This document shows, in pieces, positions 43,101-56,940 of a DNA stretch of 64,000 bases. The DNA comes from Octopus sinensis (lineage: Eukaryota): assembly GCF_006345805.1 (NCBI RefSeq), contig NC_043021.1, forward strand, positions 3,906,001 to 3,970,000, written 5' to 3'. The notes under the pieces were generated by a model that was not told where the DNA came from, ran no database searches, and worked only from the letters and a program-made list of their open reading frames with translations. Position 1 is the first letter of the stretch. The number at the start of each line of letters is the position of its first letter. The position numbers and the translations under genes were made by a program.

Positions 43101-46100
43101 TGATCTAAATTAAAACATTTCATAAAAATTTTCTGTTGATTTATGCTTCAAACACCAGCCGAATAATGACAAAATTATTTCACTAAATTCTTCATTATTT
43201 TAAAATTTAATTAAAACAAAGGTAGGGCATTTCAACAGAAATATTACAAAAGGATTAGGAACTTTTCATATAACTCAGTCAATAAAATATTAGCATTAGT
43301 AGTAGTAGTAATAACAGCAGCAGCAGTTAAGGTAGTAGCAGCAGCTGTAGTAGAAGCAAAAGTATTATTAGTAGTATTATTAGCAGGAATGAGAAGTATT
43401 TTATTAACAATTTATGTTAATTGTTACAAATATATTTAACTGTGAGGGGGGTGCTGAGAAGTTTCTGGCTTTAAGGGTTTTGTGAGAGGTCTGGTTGAAG
43501 GCCCAACCTCCTCATTTCTTTCACAGAGCTTAGGAAACCTGAAGGACTGGCACAATAAGTGTGTGAATCTGAGAGGGGAATATATTGGATAAAATCGTAT
43601 TTAACTGGTTCTCCTGTATTATTTTTTTTACCCAAAGCCAGGAACTTTTCAGCCCCTCCTTGTATTCAACAACTGCTTAAAAAAAAAAACAAATTATAAA
43701 ATTTCCATATCTCTCACAATTATTCAGACATGCATACGTTACATATTTACATACGATACATGGTGCATCGTTATAATTACTAATCAATCTTACCAGCAAG
43801 AGAGATGGTGGACAGTATCATGGAGTTTTTTTGAACAAAGGCATTAACCAAAAAAAAAAAAAAAAAAGATTATGAAACATTTACCTGGAACTTTTTCAAC
43901 AAAATTGGATGGAACAAGACCCTTACTTCCATTAATCAGTTCTCCTTCAAAAAATCCATCCTAGAGGAATAATATAAAGAAAAAGAAAAAAGTTTAGAGC
44001 TACAAAATATAACCAACATGAAACCAAGTGAAAGAAATAAATTACGATGTGGAACATGATTTTGGTCCTCAAATAGCATCTGTTCTTTCCTATTTGCTGA
44101 CCCCAAGAAAGTGTGAAAAATGGCTAGTATTTCCTTCAAACTTTGATTTTGTTTTATTTCTTCAAACCCCAAAGAATCCCTCTCAGCACATGGCAGTGAT
44201 GCTCTCCCACTATTTCTGCTCATCATCAGAATGTCACTAACGGACATGCTCAACTGGTTATGGTCAAGCAACTGATAAACAAATCTGTGGTATTGAGCAG
44301 AATATTTGCTATAATGATATTTCTGCTTTAACAACTCAGCACTGAATCTGTTTGAAATGTAATGGAAAATTGGTCAGTTTGAAAGCGTTGATGTCCAAGT
44401 TGCAAAAGCAAAGTTTGAAGGGGAAAGTAGTCATTTCCTTTGATTTCTAGATAGAAGCAAAGAGAAAACAACATTTTATAACCAAAGATAAAGATTAAAA
44501 AAAAAACAAAAAACACCTAAATTTTGTTACATAGTGTTATTAAAACAGAAGACATTTGATCAAAAAAAAAATGTTAGTCAAAATATTAGGAGTCTTCCTA
44601 AGTCAGAAACCACAATTAGTTTTTAAATATTTACCGTTCAAGGAGAGGGTTGAAATGCCGCCACTGTCATTTGGAAAGGGACCGGCATGAAATGCCAGAA
44701 ATCCCCTTCTCTTCATGGCATGCAATCTTATCTTATTTCACAAATGTCATTTCAGAAGATGCCATTCTCAGATTGTAACCTAGCTACCTAGCTACTTTGT
44801 CATCCTTGCAGTCTTGGCAGAGTTTTTAAACAAGAATTAGCATTGATGTTATCAATTCATGACTATTTATAAAGCTACAACATCGTCTTCCTCTCAATAT
44901 CTCGGTGATCTTGGTGAACAGTTACTGTTAATCACTAGAAAGTGGATTGGAGAAATCAAAATATCAGTGTACCAGATTAAATGCCTTGTGGTGGTATTTA
45001 GCTATTCAAAGTTCAAATCCCTTGATTTCCCTTTTCACTGACTTATGGATATTTTTTTCTTTACTTGTTTCAGTCATTTGACCACAGCCATGCTGGAGCA
45101 CTGCCTTAAAGGGTTTTAGTCGAAGAGATTGACCCCAGGACTCATTCTTTGTAAGCCTAGTACTTATTCTATCAGTCTCTTTTGCCAAACTGCTAGGTTA
45201 CAGGGACAGCAAATTTGTGGAGAGGTATTAAGTCAATTACATTGACCCCAGTACTCAACTGGTATTTAATTCATCAACCTCAAGAAGATGAAAAGCAAAT
45301 TTGACCTAGGTGGAATTTGAACTCCAAATGTAAAGACATGAAATGCTACTAAGCATTTTGTCTGGTGTGCTAACTATTCTGCCAGCTTGCCATATTCTAA
45401 AGAAATCTGTAATAATCCTTTCTACTATAGACACAAGGCCTGATATTTTGGGGGAGGGGACCAGTTGATTACATCAACCCCAGTGCATAACTGGTACTTA
45501 ATTTATCAACCCCAAAAGGATGAATGGCAAAGTCGACCCCGGCGGTTTTGAGTACTTTGGGTACTCAAATCTATTTTTGTAATTTTCAAGATTGTTTTGG
45601 GGTTTCCTGAATGATCCTACAATGTACCTATAATGTACCTAAAACCAAAAACTGCCAACCAATAACCTTGACTAACCCATACCGGCACAGAAAAAGCAGA
45701 CATAAAAATAACGTTGAAGATGTTCTTATATGTGCCATGAGTAAAAAATGGTTTGGAATCACTGCTTTACATTATTCAGTGTGTATTCATTTATTGATTG
45801 CTTCACACACACACAAACATGCGCTATCTTGAAACCTGAATATATTAATATATTTCCTTAATTATCACTACAAATTATGATGGATGGCCAAGTGGACAGA
45901 GTATCAGACACTTTAATCAAAAGCTGACAGTTTGTACTCCACTACTTTGAGTTGCTCTTCGTCTCTGTGCTCTTCACCGCTTCTTCTGTAGTTAAATGTG
46001 GCTCTAACAGACTAGATATATACCACAGGGTGCATAGTAATAGAGATGGTAATTCAGCTTTTAATCTGCCATACACTACTAGCCTGATACATAGAAAGGT

Positions 46101-49100
46101 TGAACCGCTTAGTGATTCAAGATGTAAACTGGAAATAGGAAAAGAGTCACAAATTTACACTTAATCTCCTATGCATTGCTTCATAGTCTTTTAGCTATGG
46201 AACATCACTTCTCAATGAAATGAATTGATGATGATGATGATAATAATGATAATGATAATTCTTTCTACTATAGGCAAAGGTCCTGAAATTTGAGGGGAGG
46301 GGACTAAATGATTACACAAGTACTTAATTTATTGACCTTGAAAAAAATGAAAGGCAAAGTCGACCTCAGCAGAATTTGAACTCAGAAGATAGCAATACAT
46401 ACACACTGAAGCACTCCGTCGGTTACAACGACGAGGGTTCCGGTTGATCCGAATCAACGGAACAGCCTGCTCCTGAAATTAACGTGTAAGTGGCTGAGCA
46501 CTCCACAGACATGTGTACCCTCAACGCAGTTCTCAGGGGATATTCAGTGTGACACAGAGAGTGACAAGGCCGGCCCTTTGAAATACAGGTACAACAGAAA
46601 CAGGAAGTAAGAGTGAGAGAAAGTTGTGGTGAAAGAGTACAGCAGGGATCACCACCATCCCCTGCCGGAGACTCGTGGAGCTTTAGGTGTTTTCGCTCAA
46701 TAAACACTCACAACGCCAGGTCTGGGAATCGAAACCGCGAGTCCGCTGCCCTAACCACTGGGCCATTGCGCCTCCACACATACATACACAAATACATACA
46801 TACAAACAAACAAACACAAATACCTTGTTGTTGATGCTGAAATTCCAAAGAAGGAGTCTTAAATCTAGGTTAGAAACTGGTGCTAACTCTATTGGCAAGA
46901 AATCTTGAAATAAAACTGACTGACATACATAAACTGTCCTTTGAAATTTATATTTTAATATAAGTGAGAAGCAAGTTCTGTGACTTGAAAGCTAAGAGTT
47001 TCAGTCAAATGTGCTAACCAAAGCTATAGGCACCCGATGCATTGAGTTCTGTTTATCTCATTAGTATAAACAATCCATTTTGTTTTAAACTTCTTGGACT
47101 CTGAAATGCTTTATCTGTGACAATTTCATCTCAATCGAAGGAGAGGGGCTTTCTCCGTCTGGGTTGTGGATCCGTGGAATAAGCTGCTGGACAAGATAGT
47201 GAAGATGCCGACGACCGATCGGTTCAAAGTCTCTCTTGACCAGAAATGGCCTGAACTCTTTGCATGAACACCCTCCCTGTACCTAACTCCATGTCCCCCT
47301 ACATGGCCTTGCTTTTTGCTTTTTGAGCCAAAAAATTAACTTAACTTAACTTAAAAAAGGTTCCAGGGTAGAAATATTAAAATTCATCCTGGAAGTATTA
47401 AAAGGATTCATTTATAAAACTTCATAAGCTTTGGATTATTCCAGAGTTTTATTTTACGATGCAGAAACCAGAGATGGAACCTAACAAACAAGATCAATGG
47501 ATCAATGTTCTCAAGAAAGCATTATGCCTGGAATAATGTGCAAAAATCATAAAAATGGAAAAAACAAATTAAATAATAACAAAAACAACTAACGGACATT
47601 GTCAAAATTACAGACTGGACAGGTTGAGAGGATCAGTGGCAATAAATGGAGCTAAAAAAAAAAGGGGGTCAAGAGGCTGGATTCTGGGAGATTGTAAAAG
47701 AGACAGGAGGACAGCAAACAAGATGGAAGGATGAACTGGAGTGATTAGACAAAAACTGGATACCTAGCACCCGAAACCGAAAGTGATAGAGAAATAAGAA
47801 AGAAAGACCTTTACCCAATAATGGGAAATCAATAACTGAGACTTTGACTGATTGATTGATTGATATCTATTTTCTATTTCTCAAAGAAAATGTGACTGCC
47901 TGTAATCTTTTTTAGATGCTTTGTAATTGTGTTAATTCATGTGAAACATCTGAAGCGAAGCCTGAGAATCGGTGATGCAGTAGAATGCTTTGTTGATGTT
48001 GATGTTGTTGCTGTTGTTGTTTTATGGTCTTTCTCATAAATGATATTAGCAGACAACAAACAGGTAAAAACTATGTAAATTCTCAGTTACCAGACATTTC
48101 AAACATTTCTACGCACCATCATATTATTATTATCATTATTATTATTATTATTATTAATTCTAATATTATTACTGTTGTTGTTGTTGGTTCTGCTGCTGCC
48201 GTTTTCCTAATACTTCGGTAAGTGCTGACTGAAAAACAGACAGACTTGTGGCACTGTTAAAGTTGGAGAAGAAAAAAAAAAATATCTTTGATGAAAAATT
48301 CAGGAAGTTAAAAAAACAATAAATAATTACAGCTTCATTGATACATCAAAGTCATACAACCTTTGCACCTTTATATACCTGTGTCTCATCCCCACCCCCA
48401 CTACAACTTCCAACAATTTCTGGTTGTCTGCTTTAATTGATTGTGTGCTTTCTCACCACCCAAATTAAATCCATTTGATCTATCCACTAAACCTTTTCCC
48501 TTGTATCATATTTTTTTATTGTCTAAAAATCCAGATCTCAACTCTAAATATTTCATCAAAACTGCTTCCATAAATTAAATCTCAGTGAAACTCTTTCATT
48601 GCCGCTATTTGTTTCCAGGTTTGCTTATCCTGCAAAGTCTCAAATTTAATGTTCATCATCAATTTTTTTCTCTTTTAACATCCACTTTTTCATGCTTGCA
48701 TGGTTCGAAATGTGTTTATTGAGGCAGATTTTCTACATCTGGATGCCTTTCCTTTTGCCAACCCTCATCTGTTTCCTAGCAACGGAATATTTTCCCATGG
48801 CCAAACATGTTTTTGCAGGACATTGGAAATGAGAGATCATCATCATCATCATCGTTTAGCGTCTGCTTTCTATGCTGGCATGGGTTGGACGGTACAACTG
48901 GGGTCTGGGAAGCCAGAAGGCTGCACCAGGCCCAGTCTGATCTGGCAATGTTTCTACAGCTGGATGCCCTTCCTAACGCCAACCACTCCGTGAGTGTAGT
49001 GGGTGCTTTTTACGTGCCACCTGCACTGGTGCCAGGCGAGGCTGGCATTGGCCACGGTCGGATTGGTGCATTTTACGTGCCACCTGCACGGAAGCCAGTC

Positions 49101-51305
49101 GAGGCGGCGCTGGCTTCGGTCACGATTTGGATAGTGCTTTTTACGTGCTACCGACACGGAAGCCAGTCGAGGTGGCGCTGGCATCGGCCACGATTCGGAT
49201 AGTGCTTTTTACGTATCTCCAGTCCAGGGGTCCTGGCATCAATAATAATAATAATAATAATTACTTTAAAAGTATTTTTTAAAGAGTCTTTTGATATATT
49301 TTAGATCCTGGAAACAAAAAAGACAGGATTTCCAATATACATAGAACCGACCATTCTTTTTTTTCGTCTCCAAAATCTTTATATTTTATAATGGATTATG
49401 TAAAGGTACAACATCTATAACTTCAGTGTCCATTAACAATTACACAATAATCAATATACCCATTTTCTGTAATGGTTTATTGTATGGTTCTTAAAAACCA
49501 TTCCAGAATTTATTGTTCTTCTTTTTCCAATTTTTATTCATTCGGACACAGACAACAATATAATGGAAATATAAGTTTCCATTTTCAAATTATTTCATTA
49601 TTTGTAAACCAATTCTATTCCATACATTAGAAGACAATAAATGAACAAACAAATAAATAAATAAATAAATAGATGAAGGAAAACATAAAAAATAAAAAGT
49701 CAGGAAGAAAAAAATTGGAAGCAGAAACTAGAACTGAACAAGTGGTGAACAAATGGATGACAATAAGTGGAACAATGGTAATATAGAACTGAAAGAGATA
49801 AAGCCAGACACTTCTGAGCTTCAAGTAAAAACATTACAATTTCAAGCATTATCTTCTGGCTAACAACATTTTTTTAAGTGGTATGGTAGCATCGGGAACA
49901 TTTTCTCAAGATCACAATATAGACTTCATTGCAGCCATTTACACTTGACAGTTGAAAAAGTATGATAGATAAATTAATGTGTGTATTTTTTAAATTTATT
50001 TTTATTTATTTATTTAGTTTCAGCTCACAAGCTGTGGCCATGCTGGTGCACCGCCATTTGTGTATGTATATATATATATATACATACACATATACATACA
50101 TACACGCACATATATATACATACGTGCGCGCACACACACACTATATTTACGGGGTGCGATGGGTAAATTGTCGCCATTTTATGTTTTTAATTTCGCGCAT
50201 GCACAATGTTTGTTTTTGATTTTGTTGACTACACAGTATTGTAGGGTCAGTTGGGTACTGTTTGTGAGAAAAACAGCACCATGATACAATAGGCTCTGCC
50301 AGAAATTTGGAAATGACATGCTGTACTGCTTGGCATTCATGCTGGAAGCTCCAATACAAATATTTCAGAGTGTTTGGGTGTCAATCTGAGGACATGTACC
50401 AAGAGTGATAAAAACCAAACATCCAGTCAACATCATGATGTTTGGAGTGATCACTAGTGTTGGCAACATTATGCCTCCATTCATCTTCCCACACAGCCTC
50501 ACACTCAACACAGAGGCCTACATCAAGTGCCTGGAGGAGGTAGTGTTGCCCTGGGTCATGAGTGTGGCTGCTGGAGGACCCTATATCTGGCAACAGGACT
50601 CTGCACCATGCCACACAAGCAGGAGAACCTAGTCATGGCTGTCAAACAATTTCTGCGACCACATCATTCCTAACATCTGACCACCTAATTCCCCAGACTA
50701 CAAACCCCTTGATTATTATGTGAGGGGTGCAATTGGTCACCATGACAGAAAGGTACCAAAGAAAAAATGGTACAAGGACTTTCTAGAGAAATCCTTTGGC
50801 ACCTTCCACATTGATCACCACCAGCTGTCTGTTCTTGCTGCTGCTGATGAAGCTTGGTATTTCACTGTCCATCAAGCAACAGCCTTCTATGAAGACATTC
50901 ACAGGACCATCCTTGCAGACAAGAGAAAAAGGAGGGAAAAAGGACAAGGTCTCTGCTCAGTGTGTGCCATGTCTTCTGATACCTGATCAAAAGTGCACAA
51001 GGTTGATTCATCTCAAGGGAAAATCTGACAATGTCTGAAGCAGATCCAGCTGGTTTTCTTGAACCTTTACTCAGCCAGGATGAGAGCTGGGTTCATGACT
51101 TTGAGCCACAGACGAAGAGAATCCCTGTACTGGAAATACTCCTCTTCACCTGCTCCAACCAGCCCAGACCAGTCTACTTTTCCATGCAGCCTCTGTGGTC
51201 TTGTCTGTTCATATTGACACGGATTCCTTGGGTACCAGCAAGCTTGCAACAGATGTGGACACAACCCTCCATAAATCTTTGCTTGCAAAGCCAAGGCAAG
51301 AAGAG

Positions 51306-51352
<47 letters not shown>

Positions 51353-53344
51353 CTTTGAAAGAACTTTTCTTCACCCATTTCCTTCTGGTCATTCAAAATG
51401 TGACCGCGTGTGTACCGTTGGCGATTTTCTTCCCTCTGTCTTTCCTTCTCCTATGTTTCCGACGAAGAGCTCCGCTCGAAACGTTAAACCCTCCTTCTTT
51501 CCTGAGCGCCCAATAATGCTATATTTGTTCCACGTCCTCGCGTTGTTGTGTTTTTTGGGTGCTTTCTTGTTTGGATTAACTATATATATATATGTGTATA
51601 TATATCTTTTGCCCGTACATTCTAACCAACTAGCCAGGCTATATATTTCTCATTATCATTTTCGAACTTGTCTGCATTCACGAGTTCTGGATGAAAAGAG
51701 CAGGAAATCGTATATCTTGCTGTTATTTAAAAAAAAATTTTTATCTTCACTATAAGAGACCTTAAGAAATATGTTTTCTTTCAGCTGACAGGAGCGAAAG
51801 TAGAAAAAAGGTGGAGAGCGAAAGAGAGAGAGGAGGGAAAGGAGAAAGGAGAGAGACTGAGGTGTGTAAAGCAATGAAGTAAGAGAGCAATGACACCAAG
51901 AAATATTGTGGTTGGTATGTAAAAATAGACATACTTCACATTGAGATGTCTAGACTTGAGTCAGGATAGAGAGAGAGACTAGAGTGATAATACAATTAAA
52001 AAAAAAAAAGATACAAACAACAATAACAAATTCAAGCAATAATTAGCAATCGTTCTTTCAAATATAAAACATATGACTTTAACGATAAAATGATAATTAT
52101 TTTTTTTCTTCTGTAGCTACCAGACAATATCTGTTTACCTAGTTGCCAGTGTCTCTCCTATTTTGTGCTTATGCATGCACACACACACACACACACAGGC
52201 ACAGACACACACACACAGAGACACAGACATACACACATGGTGCAGGAGAGGCTGTATGGTAAAAAGTTTGCTTCTGAACCACATAGTTCTGGGTTCAGTC
52301 CCACTGTGTGTCACCTTAAGCAAGTGTTGTGTTTTCTACTATACAAGGGTTGGCTGAAAAGCTAATAGGCTGACAAAAATACTTCCATGAAACGTGATTA
52401 AATGAGGTTTATTTCTCAGCATAGACCCCATTGCAGTTCACACACTTCTCCCATCGGTGTTGCAGTGCTTGGATCCCATTGGTGAAGAAGCTTTCATCTT
52501 GTTGGTCAAAAAAGGTCATCAACAGTAGATATGATGTCATCATCACTGAGATACTGGTTTCTGCCAGCTCACCGCAGATGAAATACCTATTTCTTTACTA
52601 CCCACAAGGGGCTAAACACAGAGGGGACAAACAAGGACAGACAAATGGATTAAGTCGATTACATCGACCCCCCCAGTGCGTAACTGGTACTTATTTAATC
52701 GACCCCGAAAGGATGAAAAGCCAAGTCGACCTCGGCGGAATTTGAACTCAGAACATAGCGGCAAACGAAATACCGCTGAGCATTTCACCTGGCGTGCTAA
52801 CGTTTCTGCCAGATGACCACCTCATGTGCTTTTATGTATTACCAGCCTGGACACCATTTACATGACACCAGCATCAACCATGACCAGGATTTCACTTGGC
52901 TTGACGAATCTTCTCAAACATATATATTTGTATGTATGTATATACATATCTGTATGTGTATGAGTTTGTCCCCCCCCCACCACCGCCACTTAACAACTGG
53001 TGTTGGTCTGTTTACATCCCTGTAACTTAGCAGTTCAGCAAGAGAGACCAATAAGTACCAGACTTGAAAATATGTTCACAGTGGGAGGAAAAGAGAAAGT
53101 GCATGAGAGAGTCAGACCAATATATATATATATATATAGATATATTCACACACATATATACATACACAGTGTGTGTGTGTGCATGAGAGAGAGAAAGAGA
53201 GAAACAAAAGATATACATTATATATACATATTATATATACATATAATATATATATACATATATATATATATACATATATATATAATACATAATATATATA
53301 TACATATATATTATATATAGATATATATATAATATATATATAAT

Positions 53345-53384
<40 letters not shown>

Positions 53385-53412
53385 ATATATAATAATCTAT
53401 ATATATATATAT

Positions 53413-53457
<45 letters not shown>

Positions 53458-56206
53458 AGAGAGCAAATAAAGATTTGATTTTACGTTTTGCAAATTGCAG
53501 CATTTTCCCATTCCCATCTGAATACTTGTTGTTTTTCTTCTTTTTTTTTCCGCCATAATCACAAACAGGATATTACTTTACATATTAATATTTTTATATT
53601 AATTCATTTCTGTATTCTTTCCCCAACCAGCAACGGCTGGCAGGTTCCTCGGTTTGTATAACGCATATAAATTATCAGAACAAATATTTTCCATGAAAGA
53701 ACGAACATGCTCTCACACCAACACCTCGATTGTAATCAGACAACTGGAACGCTGTTCTAATAGAAAGCAATGAGATGACTGCAATCTAATTGTTCTAATA
53801 GATTACAGTGAGATGAGTGGAATGTAATATTTCTAAAAGATTACAATGAAAGGACAAAAACCTAATCATTCTAATAGATTGGATAAGACTAGACTGGACT
53901 GGACTGGACTGGACTGGACATGTTCAGTCCACTGTAGGATGAAGGGCTCAGCATTTTACCTCCACCAATCAAGGTCTGATGTGGAGGCTCTGAATTTGAG
54001 CTTGAGATCATACTGGTTTGATGAGCCTACTCTGCCACCTTTGGATAGACACGGCTTGGCAAAGGGGTTTGAATTTGGGGGCTAGATGTGACTGGTTTAA
54101 ATGCTAAAGGGTTATATTTATATCTAGATCGCCATGTTGATTCACTAGCTTCTGCACGCATTTTTTTTCTCTCCTTGTTTCTTTCCGTGTTTCTTTTCTG
54201 TGTATCTTTCTGTTGAAGAGCATAGGCTCGAAACGTAAAAGACTTGTTTTATTTATATTCCTGAGCGCCATACTAATACAATTGTTTGTTTGTATTCCAC
54301 CTGCCTTCGTCTTTTGTTTATTTTCATAAAGCTTCCCATTATATTTATATCTATTTTGTCTCCTGTGGAGGAGGTAACATGGGTTTTGAAAACTGATGAT
54401 TGAGACATGGGATGAAGTGGTGAAGCATGACCTTTGAACACTGGGCTTCACAGAGGCAATGATAGGAGACTGAGACCTTTGAAACCATGTAGTTGCTCCC
54501 CAACTACATGGTTTCAAATTTAGTCTTACAGCATCACACCTTGGGCAAGTGCCTTCTCCTATAGCTCCTGGCTGACCAAAGCCTCATCATTGGATTTGGT
54601 AGATGGAAACTGGGCAGAAGCATATCACCATCATTTAACCCTTTAGTGTTCGCATTATTCTGCCAAAATTAATACTTTTTTTAACCAAATTGTTTTGAAC
54701 TAATCTAGCATTAATCTTGTAGCTATGAAATTTTGATGAGGTAGCTGTTAATTTTTAAAACGATATTGTAGGGTTGGTGTGAGAGACCAGATCTGGCCAG
54801 TTTGAACATAAAACAAGCAGAATACTTTTGGCCGGATATGGCCGGTTTAAATGCTAAAGGGTTAACATCCATTTTCCATGCTGGCATATGTTGGGTGGCT
54901 TAACAGTAGCTGGCAAACTAGTAGACTGTGCCAAGGTCTACAATCTGCATGTGTGTGTGTGTGTGTGTGTGTAAATATATAACTAGCTAGCTAGCTAGAC
55001 ACATAACAAACATAAATATAAATGAAGATTGGTGACAAATTGTATTGGCCCTTGTCTTTCCTTTGGATAATACAAGTTGCAAAGAGAGGGAAGAATTACA
55101 AGCAAGGGCAACAACTGATCTTCCATAAAAATAAACCAGAAGATCCTTGCTTAATTCTTAAAATACTGCCGAAAATTGTCTAACTCAAAAACCTGGTCAT
55201 GTAATGATTCAATTGCAGAACAGAAAAGAACAACAGAAGAAGAGACTAGAATTTTCTCTATTACATTAAAAAATTCCTTACTACCTACAAAATGAATGTA
55301 AACAAGGTTAGTACAATTCATGTGATATCATGCATTTTTTTTTGCTGATATGATACTGTGTTGTACAGGAGGGAGGAACTTCCTAAGTACACATCTATGG
55401 TTGTATATGAATACGGAAGCCAAATATTGTGATTATCTGATAGTGATTTGTTTCGCAATTCTGGAAACCTATAAGAAAATCTAAGAAAATTTAAAATGTT
55501 TTTCTCTTGATATATGTTGCTTGAGACTGTATCTTTTTAAAGTTCATTAAAATTATATCACTATAAAATTAATTATGGCATGAGTAGATTTTCATAAATA
55601 TTGTAGATATTTTAAATTAAATTGTTTAATTATGTCCGCTAAGATTTTTCTTTACTTTTACACATTGTATATTTATATGACAATATATGCATGTCATAAA
55701 AAAATAATAATAATAATAATCTCAAAATCAGTTTTTGATGTCAAAGGAATATACCACTAACTAAATTAGATAAACTATATATAACTTCTTTTATGTTTTA
55801 ACTTGCAATATCTTTTGTTAATAGAAAGTAAAACCTAAGTTTCTCTTGATTTATAGAACATTTTATCATATGACAGGTTACGTTAATTAATTTTACATAT
55901 CTGTGCGTGTGTGCGTGCGCGTGTGTGTGAGTGCATACCTGTACACACACATGCACACGTATATGTATTAATATATATATATATATATATATATAAAGAT
56001 ATATGGCAGTGAAACTGCTGATGATATGTTGATATGTGTAGGGTTGAAAGAAATAAAGCTAGTATGATCCGCTGGATGTGTTATGTCAGTGTGTAAGCGC
56101 CCTGAGAGAAATGTTGGGCATAAGAAGCATCAGATGTGGCATGAAAGAGAGATGTATATATATATCTGTGTATGTGCATATATATATATATGTATTTTTG
56201 TGTATG

Positions 56207-56253
<47 letters not shown>

Positions 56254-56907
56254 GAGTATTTATTCATAAATGAGGCAGAAGAAATTCAAATACATCAGAG
56301 TATAGTCACAATGGCTGGCATAAATATTTATTAATTAGCGAAATGATAATCAGCGGAAATTAGAGTCTGATTCCTTCACTTGTTCAGGAGAGTTGATGTT
56401 ACGATTGTTTAACCCAAGGTAAGCTGATCAAGTGGACCTAACATTAATGACATTCCAGCCAAGGCCATAATGTCTTTCATTCAGAGAGTGCATCTAGTAT
56501 TATAGTATTTGAGGGATTTAGCTGTTCTTTCGAGCATGCCTGGTCCATTCACACCCTCTCCTCTGAATATCAGTAGCTCTATAGATCCTTTACAACACAA
56601 AGCTGTTCTGCCACACCACCGATAGTCTGTCCCCCACCTCTCAGATTCCATAGTCTTGTGAGCTGCATGGCAACATCACTAATGCTTGTGGCACAAAAAG
56701 GAATAAAAAGAAACCCAGTGCACTGCAAAGTGCTCAGTATTAGGAAAGGCATCTAGGCCAAAGCAGGCAATGGAGCACAATGCAGGCCTTGAACACATCA
56801 CATCCTGTGAAACCCTCCTATCCAAAACCAGCATGGAGCATGGACATTAAATGACAATGATGATGATATTAATAGATGCAGTCATGGGTTTAGACAAGTG
56901 TCTGCTA

Positions 56908-56940
<33 letters not shown>

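Noticed and set aside
46720-46777. tRNA-like sequences (also the SINE-A and SINE-B heads)
   Set aside because: They have A/B-box-like motifs but no complete cloverleaf, and they continue into SINE bodies.
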